Origin: Naegleria gruberi
Lineage: Eukaryota
Direction: 5' to 3' (one strand)
DNA: 9,432 bases
Assembly (NCBI GenBank): GCA_000004985.1
Contig: GG739038.1
Below the pieces are notes generated by a model, which had not been told where the DNA came from, made no database searches, and was given only the letters and a program-made list of their open reading frames with translations. The first letter of the stretch is position 1. Every line of letters begins with the position of its first letter. Positions 1-7,106 of the stretch are shown here, one piece after another. The position numbers were made by a program, and so were the translations under genes.

Positions 1-4
1 AATT

Positions 5-1126
5 TCAATCTTGTCCCTTGAATGATTTAATCCAATTGAAATGTCCTCTCCTCTTATCATAATTGAATCCAAATTGACCTTCTCTTGAAAAGGAAGCGGC
101 AACATTAAATTGAATTTTTGCTTGAACTTGTAATTGACCTTCCAATGCAAAATTTACATTTACAACAACTGGAATTGCTAGAATTGTAAACTTGATACTA
201 GTAATTTTCTTCTTTTTCAAAATTGTAAAGTCTTTTGTCTTTTCAAATTCAGCTGTCATTGTCAAATTAGCATTCAATGCATTGTCAAAGTGAACTGATG
301 CAGCAGCTCTATTTGGTTTACACCATCTAAAGTTAATTTCCATTGTAAACCGAACTGTACTGTAGAAATAACAATTACTGCAGACATATTTGAAATTTCC
401 TTCTTGATTTTCAATGGATGGATTTCTGGCAGTTTTTCTATCTCTATCCCAATTAAAATTGACAATATCAAAAGATCTATTGACACTCCAACGTTTGTTT
501 GGTGTTGTTTGAGTTACAGAGCTCGATTCAGGTTGTTTGACACTTGGATTATGAGTTTGAAGTTTGATGTGTGTGAAAACTTGATTAAATTCAATTGTTT
601 TAGTATCGACCACATAGAGAATTTCTCCATTTTCAGTTTTCACTTCATGAATATTTTCTGCCAATCTGTACAAAACTGGTTCATTAGTTGGTTGACCAAT
701 TTCACAGTCAAAATCATCCATACTTGAAACTAATAATGAACCAATCTTGATATGAGTATTGGTATGTCTGGTCTTTCTCACTTTCAAGTAAAGTCTGTCT
801 TTCGAACATCCAATATCTAACACGTCAGGATGCATGTCTAAATTGACAGTGTCAAAAGTCAATGTAGCGTCATAGGCAAAGAATTGTTTGTTATCCTTAT
901 TGGACAATGAGCCATCAGGTCCTATGAGTCTTTTACTTGTCATTTTGGTATGAGATTTAATTCTTTCCTTTGCTCTGATGAAAAATTGTTGGTCTGACAT
1001 TTGGCGTTTCATGTGAAATGGCTTTCTAGAAGCAAAGTACTTAGTAGCAGTCTCATCCCATGCATTAGTACAGGATGCAAATACACTAATGCAAATCAAC
1101 AAAATCACCGCTTTGAGTGCTGACAT
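5..1126 (-). CDS. Secreted protein of unknown family. The N-terminal 373 aa are present. The ATG is at 1124-1126 and the ORF is still open at the window edge, so the C-terminus is missing.
   Basis: The minus frame is uninterrupted for 1122 nt in a roughly 33% GC background. The N-terminus MSALKAVILLICISVFASCTNA is a classic signal peptide: a positive residue, a hydrophobic core, then small residues. The ATG is preceded by AAAAAA, matching the other genes here. No family motif was recognised from the sequence alone. Confidence 0.6.
   Translation of the reverse strand: MSALKAVILLICISVFASCTNAWDETATKYFASRKPFHMKRQMSDQQFFIRAKERIKSHTKMTSKRLIGPDGSLSNKDNKQFFAYDATLTFDTVNLDMHPDVLDIGCSKDRLYLKVRKTRHTNTHIKIGSLLVSSMDDFDCEIGQPTNEPVLYRLAENIHEVKTENGEILYVVDTKTIEFNQVFTHIKLQTHNPSVKQPESSSVTQTTPNKRWSVNRSFDIVNFNWDRDRKTARNPSIENQEGNFKYVCSNCYFYSTVRFTMEINFRWCKPNRAAASVHFDNALNANLTMTAEFEKTKDFTILKKKKITSIKFTILAIPVVVNVNFALEGQLQVQAKIQFNVAASFSREGQFGFNYDKRRGHFNWIKSFKGQD
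274..727. other. The internal and antisense ORFs 274..486 (-) and 404..727 (+) lie entirely inside the 5..1126 gene. I treat them as spurious.
   Basis: Both overlap the long signal-peptide ORF in other frames and have low-complexity, hydrophobic composition. Confidence 0.6.
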
Positions 1127-1305
1127 TTTTTTATAAACAAGATGACATGTTAATTTCGTGTAACATATTCACATGGGCTGAAAATTGACATGTTTTTATT
1201 ATGGTAGTGAAGTAGGACATTTCCATTCTACTAATCCAATTAGATTCTTTTATAAAGAACAGTAATTTCAACAATATAGTACACACAAGTTGACTCATTA
1301 CAAAA

Positions 1306-1330
1306 ATATTTAACAATATTTAACAATATC
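1306..1330. repeat. Tandem direct repeat of the 10-bp unit atatttaaca, 2.5 copies (atatttaaca atatttaaca atatc).
   Basis: Read directly from the sequence at 1306-1315, 1316-1325 and a partial copy at 1326-1330. Confidence 0.7.
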
Positions 1331-1343
1331 ACTGCAATCCACC

Positions 1344-1378
1344 AAATTGCACTTTTCACCCTTTTAAAAGTGCAATTT
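1344..1378. repeat. Perfect 13-bp inverted repeat aaattgcactttt / aaaagtgcaattt with a 9-nt spacer (caccctttt). It lies 29-63 bp upstream of the 1407 ATG.
   Basis: Arm 1 at 1344-1356 is the exact reverse complement of arm 2 at 1366-1378. It could be a dimeric transcription-factor site or a 5'UTR hairpin. Confidence 0.6.
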
Positions 1379-1406
1379 CACAAGTTCATCCAAATTTACA
1401 AAAAAA

Positions 1407-1704
1407 ATGATTCCACAACAACAACCACAGCAATCATCACCTCCAACCTCAGAAGAATTAGAAAAAGATCATACAACAACAACAGCAGCAGAAACCTCAT
1501 CATCACCATTTATTGTGGGTGAAAGTGTTGGAGAGCAAGGATGGCCAATTATTGAATGCTTGGATCAATGTTTAAAATCCATCGGAGATGCTAAGGAATT
1601 TAATGTAACTAATGATGGAAGAGGTTTTATTTATATTAGTTATCGGAGAGTGACTTCTACAACGTTTCCTTCACCCATCAGAACGATTGATGATTTACTT
1701 AGGA
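1407..1704 (+). CDS. N-terminal 99 codons of a protein-coding gene that runs into the N-run. Product unknown. The N-terminus is low-complexity, Q-, S- and T-rich.
   Basis: ATG at 1407-1409 preceded by aaaaaaa. The frame is open to the gap and reads MIPQQQPQQSSPPTSEELEKDHTTTTAAETSSSPFIVGESVGEQGWPIIECLDQCLKSIGDAKEFNVTNDGRGFIYISYRRVTSTTFPSPIRTIDDLLR. Everything after 1704 in the 1425-aa track ORF is translated N's. Confidence 0.55.
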
Positions 1705-4700
1705 NNNNNNNNNNNNNNNNNNNNNNNNNNNNNNNNNNNNNNNNNNNNNNNNNNNNNNNNNNNNNNNNNNNNNNNNNNNNNNNNNNNNNNNNNNNNNNNN
1801 NNNNNNNNNNNNNNNNNNNNNNNNNNNNNNNNNNNNNNNNNNNNNNNNNNNNNNNNNNNNNNNNNNNNNNNNNNNNNNNNNNNNNNNNNNNNNNNNNNNN
1901 NNNNNNNNNNNNNNNNNNNNNNNNNNNNNNNNNNNNNNNNNNNNNNNNNNNNNNNNNNNNNNNNNNNNNNNNNNNNNNNNNNNNNNNNNNNNNNNNNNNN
2001 NNNNNNNNNNNNNNNNNNNNNNNNNNNNNNNNNNNNNNNNNNNNNNNNNNNNNNNNNNNNNNNNNNNNNNNNNNNNNNNNNNNNNNNNNNNNNNNNNNNN
2101 NNNNNNNNNNNNNNNNNNNNNNNNNNNNNNNNNNNNNNNNNNNNNNNNNNNNNNNNNNNNNNNNNNNNNNNNNNNNNNNNNNNNNNNNNNNNNNNNNNNN
2201 NNNNNNNNNNNNNNNNNNNNNNNNNNNNNNNNNNNNNNNNNNNNNNNNNNNNNNNNNNNNNNNNNNNNNNNNNNNNNNNNNNNNNNNNNNNNNNNNNNNN
2301 NNNNNNNNNNNNNNNNNNNNNNNNNNNNNNNNNNNNNNNNNNNNNNNNNNNNNNNNNNNNNNNNNNNNNNNNNNNNNNNNNNNNNNNNNNNNNNNNNNNN
2401 NNNNNNNNNNNNNNNNNNNNNNNNNNNNNNNNNNNNNNNNNNNNNNNNNNNNNNNNNNNNNNNNNNNNNNNNNNNNNNNNNNNNNNNNNNNNNNNNNNNN
2501 NNNNNNNNNNNNNNNNNNNNNNNNNNNNNNNNNNNNNNNNNNNNNNNNNNNNNNNNNNNNNNNNNNNNNNNNNNNNNNNNNNNNNNNNNNNNNNNNNNNN
2601 NNNNNNNNNNNNNNNNNNNNNNNNNNNNNNNNNNNNNNNNNNNNNNNNNNNNNNNNNNNNNNNNNNNNNNNNNNNNNNNNNNNNNNNNNNNNNNNNNNNN
2701 NNNNNNNNNNNNNNNNNNNNNNNNNNNNNNNNNNNNNNNNNNNNNNNNNNNNNNNNNNNNNNNNNNNNNNNNNNNNNNNNNNNNNNNNNNNNNNNNNNNN
2801 NNNNNNNNNNNNNNNNNNNNNNNNNNNNNNNNNNNNNNNNNNNNNNNNNNNNNNNNNNNNNNNNNNNNNNNNNNNNNNNNNNNNNNNNNNNNNNNNNNNN
2901 NNNNNNNNNNNNNNNNNNNNNNNNNNNNNNNNNNNNNNNNNNNNNNNNNNNNNNNNNNNNNNNNNNNNNNNNNNNNNNNNNNNNNNNNNNNNNNNNNNNN
3001 NNNNNNNNNNNNNNNNNNNNNNNNNNNNNNNNNNNNNNNNNNNNNNNNNNNNNNNNNNNNNNNNNNNNNNNNNNNNNNNNNNNNNNNNNNNNNNNNNNNN
3101 NNNNNNNNNNNNNNNNNNNNNNNNNNNNNNNNNNNNNNNNNNNNNNNNNNNNNNNNNNNNNNNNNNNNNNNNNNNNNNNNNNNNNNNNNNNNNNNNNNNN
3201 NNNNNNNNNNNNNNNNNNNNNNNNNNNNNNNNNNNNNNNNNNNNNNNNNNNNNNNNNNNNNNNNNNNNNNNNNNNNNNNNNNNNNNNNNNNNNNNNNNNN
3301 NNNNNNNNNNNNNNNNNNNNNNNNNNNNNNNNNNNNNNNNNNNNNNNNNNNNNNNNNNNNNNNNNNNNNNNNNNNNNNNNNNNNNNNNNNNNNNNNNNNN
3401 NNNNNNNNNNNNNNNNNNNNNNNNNNNNNNNNNNNNNNNNNNNNNNNNNNNNNNNNNNNNNNNNNNNNNNNNNNNNNNNNNNNNNNNNNNNNNNNNNNNN
3501 NNNNNNNNNNNNNNNNNNNNNNNNNNNNNNNNNNNNNNNNNNNNNNNNNNNNNNNNNNNNNNNNNNNNNNNNNNNNNNNNNNNNNNNNNNNNNNNNNNNN
3601 NNNNNNNNNNNNNNNNNNNNNNNNNNNNNNNNNNNNNNNNNNNNNNNNNNNNNNNNNNNNNNNNNNNNNNNNNNNNNNNNNNNNNNNNNNNNNNNNNNNN
3701 NNNNNNNNNNNNNNNNNNNNNNNNNNNNNNNNNNNNNNNNNNNNNNNNNNNNNNNNNNNNNNNNNNNNNNNNNNNNNNNNNNNNNNNNNNNNNNNNNNNN
3801 NNNNNNNNNNNNNNNNNNNNNNNNNNNNNNNNNNNNNNNNNNNNNNNNNNNNNNNNNNNNNNNNNNNNNNNNNNNNNNNNNNNNNNNNNNNNNNNNNNNN
3901 NNNNNNNNNNNNNNNNNNNNNNNNNNNNNNNNNNNNNNNNNNNNNNNNNNNNNNNNNNNNNNNNNNNNNNNNNNNNNNNNNNNNNNNNNNNNNNNNNNNN
4001 NNNNNNNNNNNNNNNNNNNNNNNNNNNNNNNNNNNNNNNNNNNNNNNNNNNNNNNNNNNNNNNNNNNNNNNNNNNNNNNNNNNNNNNNNNNNNNNNNNNN
4101 NNNNNNNNNNNNNNNNNNNNNNNNNNNNNNNNNNNNNNNNNNNNNNNNNNNNNNNNNNNNNNNNNNNNNNNNNNNNNNNNNNNNNNNNNNNNNNNNNNNN
4201 NNNNNNNNNNNNNNNNNNNNNNNNNNNNNNNNNNNNNNNNNNNNNNNNNNNNNNNNNNNNNNNNNNNNNNNNNNNNNNNNNNNNNNNNNNNNNNNNNNNN
4301 NNNNNNNNNNNNNNNNNNNNNNNNNNNNNNNNNNNNNNNNNNNNNNNNNNNNNNNNNNNNNNNNNNNNNNNNNNNNNNNNNNNNNNNNNNNNNNNNNNNN
4401 NNNNNNNNNNNNNNNNNNNNNNNNNNNNNNNNNNNNNNNNNNNNNNNNNNNNNNNNNNNNNNNNNNNNNNNNNNNNNNNNNNNNNNNNNNNNNNNNNNNN
4501 NNNNNNNNNNNNNNNNNNNNNNNNNNNNNNNNNNNNNNNNNNNNNNNNNNNNNNNNNNNNNNNNNNNNNNNNNNNNNNNNNNNNNNNNNNNNNNNNNNNN
4601 NNNNNNNNNNNNNNNNNNNNNNNNNNNNNNNNNNNNNNNNNNNNNNNNNNNNNNNNNNNNNNNNNNNNNNNNNNNNNNNNNNNNNNNNNNNNNNNNNNNN

Positions 4701-5520
4701 NNNNNNNNNNNNNNNNNNNNNNNNNNNNNNNNNNNNNNNNNNNNNNNNNNNNNNNNNNNNNNNNNNNNNNNNNNNNNNNNNNNNNNNNNNNNNNNNNNNN
4801 NNNNNNNNNNNNNNNNNNNNNNNNNNNNNNNNNNNNNNNNNNNNNNNNNNNNNNNNNNNNNNNNNNNNNNNNNNNNNNNNNNNNNNNNNNNNNNNNNNNN
4901 NNNNNNNNNNNNNNNNNNNNNNNNNNNNNNNNNNNNNNNNNNNNNNNNNNNNNNNNNNNNNNNNNNNNNNNNNNNNNNNNNNNNNNNNNNNNNNNNNNNN
5001 NNNNNNNNNNNNNNNNNNNNNNNNNNNNNNNNNNNNNNNNNNNNNNNNNNNNNNNNNNNNNNNNNNNNNNNNNNNNNNNNNNNNNNNNNNNNNNNNNNNN
5101 NNNNNNNNNNNNNNNNNNNNNNNNNNNNNNNNNNNNNNNNNNNNNNNNNNNNNNNNNNNNNNNNNNNNNNNNNNNNNNNNNNNNNNNNNNNNNNNNNNNN
5201 NNNNNNNNNNNNNNNNNNNNNNNNNNNNNNNNNNNNNNNNNNNNNNNNNNNNNNNNNNNNNNNNNNNNNNNNNNNNNNNNNNNNNNNNNNNNNNNNNNNN
5301 NNNNNNNNNNNNNNNNNNNNNNNNNNNNNNNNNNNNNNNNNNNNNNNNNNNNNNNNNNNNNNNNNNNNNNNNNNNNNNNNNNNNNNNNNNNNNNNNNNNN
5401 NNNNNNNNNNNNNNNNNNNNNNNNNNNNNNNNNNNNNNNNNNNNNNNNNNNNNNNNNNNNNNNNNNNNNNNNNNNNNNNNNNNNNNNNNNNNNNNNNNNN
5501 NNNNNNNNNNNNNNNNNNNN
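1705..5520. other. Run of 3816 N's, either an assembly gap or masked sequence. Its content cannot be known.
   Basis: A contiguous n run. The four long ORFs in the track spanning it (1407..5684, 1640..5629, 1687..5532, 1699..5568) are X-string artefacts. Confidence 0.99.
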
Positions 5521-5629
5521 CGGAAGTTGTAGAAGAAGCATATGCAACAGTACTATTAAAACTCTCAATCATCACATTCTCATCAAATCTAACCTGTCTG
5601 AGAGACGGAGAGGATTGTAGTGAAGACAT
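5521..5629 (-). CDS. N-terminal 36 codons of a minus-strand gene that runs leftwards into the N-run. Product unknown.
   Basis: ATG at 5627-5629 on the minus strand, preceded by aaaaaagaaaaa. The frame is open to the gap edge and reads MSSLQSSPSLRQVRFDENVMIESFNSTVAYASSTTS. It converges with the 1407 gene inside the gap. The plus-strand tail of ORF 1407..5684 in this same stretch derives from the T-rich complement of this gene's A-rich leader and is rejected. Confidence 0.45.
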
Positions 5630-5780
5630 TTTTTCTTTTTTGCTCTTTTTTTCTCAATCTTTAGGAGTTCTTATGATGGAGTAATTGGAGGAGTTTCCGA
5701 GAAGAGTTCCGGTCAATGAAATACATGTTTGGATGGAATAGTGTGTTGCTATTCACATTCTATGATTGTAAAAGCTTCTT

Positions 5781-5786
5781 TTTATT
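5781..5786 (-). terminator. AATAAA polyadenylation-signal-like hexamer 29-34 nt downstream of the ubiquitin-like gene's stop codon.
   Basis: The plus strand reads tttatt at 5781-5786, which is AATAAA on the minus strand. The stop codon TGA is at 5815-5817 on the minus strand. Confidence 0.35.
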
Positions 5787-5814
5787 GAAATTGTACAGTA
5801 AGAATGAGAAGTAT

Positions 5815-6045
5815 TCAACCTCCTTTTAATTGGGGAGTGAGATGAATGATATCACCATTCTTTAAGCCAGTATCGATTATTGAGGAATCGTCTGGGAGAA
5901 TCTTTCCATTATATACTAATCGTAGATTGACAATGCTAAATCCAATCTTTTCCTCAATGAGTTTCTTCAAATATATTATTTTATCTGAATTTTCCAAATC
6001 AAACTTGAGGTAACCTCCTGATAATGTTCTGACTTGTATTTGCAT
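5815..6045 (-). CDS. Ubiquitin-like protein of 76 aa ending in Gly-Gly followed directly by the stop codon. It is a divergent member of the ubiquitin/NEDD8(Rub1) fold family, a single exon, and has no C-terminal propeptide.
   Basis: ATG at 6043-6045 on the minus strand, preceded by aaaaaaaaa. It reads MQIQVRTLSGGYLKFDLENSDKIIYLKKLIEEKIGFSIVNLRLVYNGKILPDDSSIIDTGLKNGDIIHLTPQLKGG and stops with TGA at 5815-5817. It aligns without gaps over all 76 positions to ubiquitin, with about 25/76 identities: M1, I3, V5, T7, L8, G10, E18, S20, D21, K27, K33, G35, R42, L43, G47, K48, D58, K63, H68, L69, L73, G75, G76. It matches NEDD8/Rub1 at about 27-28/76 (EEKxG at 31-35, RLxYxGK at 42-48). Positions 72/74 are Q/K rather than ubiquitin's R/R or NEDD8's A/R, and there is a Pro at 71. 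Confidence 0.75.
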   Translation of the reverse strand: MQIQVRTLSGGYLKFDLENSDKIIYLKKLIEEKIGFSIVNLRLVYNGKILPDDSSIIDTGLKNGDIIHLTPQLKGG

Positions 6046-6087
6046 TTTTTTTTGATGTTTCGAATGTTGTCATGCATACACCAAAGT

Positions 6088-6378
6088 TCATGTTGAGAAC
6101 TCATTACAAAAATTACAACAAAAACTTATTGAAAATTGAAATTGTGCCATCAGTACTTTCACACAAATAACAATATCCTGTTTTTGGGTCAATTCTCACT
6201 CCATACAATCCACTACTTGAACCCAAAGCAAATGATTTCAACATGTTAAGCTCTCTATCAAACACAAATACGTTAGAGGAATTAGTAACAAAAATTCGGT
6301 GGCTATCCTCTTCATAGAATATTGAATAAAAACTCTGTCCCTCTTTTGGTGATCCTGTTTTTTTGAAGACCTTGGAAA
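6088..6378 (-). CDS. Possible coding exon of 96 codons (open stop-to-stop, no initiator at its start) with beta-propeller-like repeat character (NHL/YVTN-like). The gene model is unresolved.
   Basis: The minus frame reads FSKVFKKTGSPKEGQSFYSIFYEEDSHRIFVTNSSNVFVFDRELNMLKSFALGSSSGLYGVRIDPKTGYCYLCESTDGTISIFNKFCCNFCNEFST and stops with TGA at 6088-6090 on the minus strand. A 96-codon stop-free stretch with non-repetitive, strand-like composition is unusual at this AT content. A polypyrimidine-AG (ttaattttccaag) lies immediately 5' of it on the minus strand. A putative signal-peptide-like start MMNKKLVLTLMLHF exists upstream at about 6600 (minus strand), but I could not connect it with GT-AG introns. 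Confidence 0.3.
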
Positions 6379-6663
6379 ATTAAGCCTCCTCAAACAGTAG
6401 TCTGAGTAAACAATGAACAAATCATTTTCCTTAATTATGTACTTGTGAGACTAACATCCAAATAGTAACAGCCTGTTAGCCACTTCTATTCTGCCCACCA
6501 ATTCAAAATCTAGAGAAAATATTATACGAGAGGGTTCTCGGTTTCAGTCATGTGGTCGAAAATGCAACATCAATGTTAATACCAACTTTTTGTTCATCAT
6601 TACATTTTTTCTTCTCGATTATTATTCTTTCCCGTATAAAATTTTAGGTAGTCAGTTTGTGAA

Positions 6664-6708
6664 AACTCAATATCAAATTTTGAAAAATAAACAATTTGAT
6701 ATTGAGTT
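6664..6708. repeat. Perfect 16-bp inverted repeat aactcaatatcaaatt / aatttgatattgagtt separated by a 13-nt A-rich spacer. It is embedded in a field of aatttga/tcaaatt and gatc motifs (about 6640-6790).
   Basis: Arm 1 at 6664-6679 is the exact reverse complement of arm 2 at 6693-6708. Nearby are gatcaaattgatttgat and ttttgatccaa. Confidence 0.65.
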
Positions 6709-6896
6709 GTGATCCGAATTAAATTTTTCGAGGATCAAATTGATTTGATAGAGAGTTTTGATCCAATAGCTGAATCAAAATTCGACTCTGAAAAATTCCC
6801 TGATTCATTGCTGAAAGTTACTGAAACCATGCTGAATAACAACTTTGAATCCTTACTCTTGTGGATAGAATAAGAGCTTTATTCAAGAGTGAGATT

Positions 6897-7106
6897 ACAA
6901 TCCTACTACAGCACAGAATGAAGATGAATGATAATTAGACACACTTACCTATACGTATTATGAAACCTTCTCAGTTTCAGCTATGTATGTTGCCATTCAA
7001 GCTGTCTTGTCCTTGTATGCTTCTAGTTGAACTACTGGTGTTGTTTTGGACTCTGGTGATGGTGCCTGCCACTGTTCCAATTTATGAAGGTTATGCTTTG
7101 CCACAC
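6897..7106 (+). pseudogene. Decayed internal fragment of a conventional actin gene, roughly residues 110-175. It has a premature stop and a frameshift, and the 5' and 3' thirds of actin are absent.
   Basis: 6980-7063 translates [27 protein letters not shown], where actin has [29 protein letters not shown]. An in-frame TGA at 7028-7030 sits where the conserved Arg codon AGA belongs, with Gly>Ser beside it. Between ggtgatggtg and tgttccaatttat, 8 nt (cctgccac) replace the expected 10 nt encoding V-T/S-H-T, a -2 frameshift. After that, 7071-7106 reads T-V-P-I-Y-E-G-Y-A-L-P-H in another frame; this is the track ORF 6960..7142. Upstream, 6914-6980 retains ragged similarity to ...NREKMTQIMFETFNVPA with indels. 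Actin similarity stops abruptly after LPH at 7106. Confidence 0.6.

Larger units (their letters stand above)
1127..1406. promoter_or_regulatory. A 280-bp divergent (head-to-head) intergenic region between the secreted-protein gene on the minus strand and the plus-strand gene starting at 1407. It is presumed to be a bidirectional promoter.
   Basis: The two ATGs face away from each other at 1126 and 1407. The region has tataaa-like strings (1249-1255), a tandem 10-mer (1306-1330) and a 13-bp perfect inverted repeat (1344-1378). Confidence 0.4.

Noticed and set aside
1131-1316. 61-aa minus-strand ORF in the divergent promoter.
   Set aside because: It starts at TTG (plus-strand caa at 1314-1316), is hydrophobic and low-complexity, and lies in the intergenic promoter between two well-supported genes.
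1407-5684. Track ORFs of 1281-1425 aa spanning the N-run: 1407..5684 (+), 1640..5629 (-), 1687..5532 (+) and 1699..5568 (-).
   Set aside because: Their bodies are strings of X from translating N's. Only the flanking real sequence (1407-1704 on the plus strand, 5629-5521 on the minus strand) is interpretable. The plus-strand C-terminal tail EVVEEAYATV...FSFLLFFSQSLGVLMME is the complement of the other gene's N-terminus and A-rich leader.
6238-6420. 60-aa minus-strand ORF MFIVYSDYCLRR...
   Set aside because: It overlaps, in a different frame, the longer and far more protein-like 96-codon open frame at 6088-6378. Its composition is junk-like and its ATG has no A-tract in front of it.
6530-6560. 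tRNA-like strings gggttctcgg and gtggtcgaaaatg; I also scanned the whole window for the GTTCGAATC T-loop.
   Set aside because: No acceptor, D, anticodon and T stems can be assembled. No tRNA, rRNA or CRISPR array is present.
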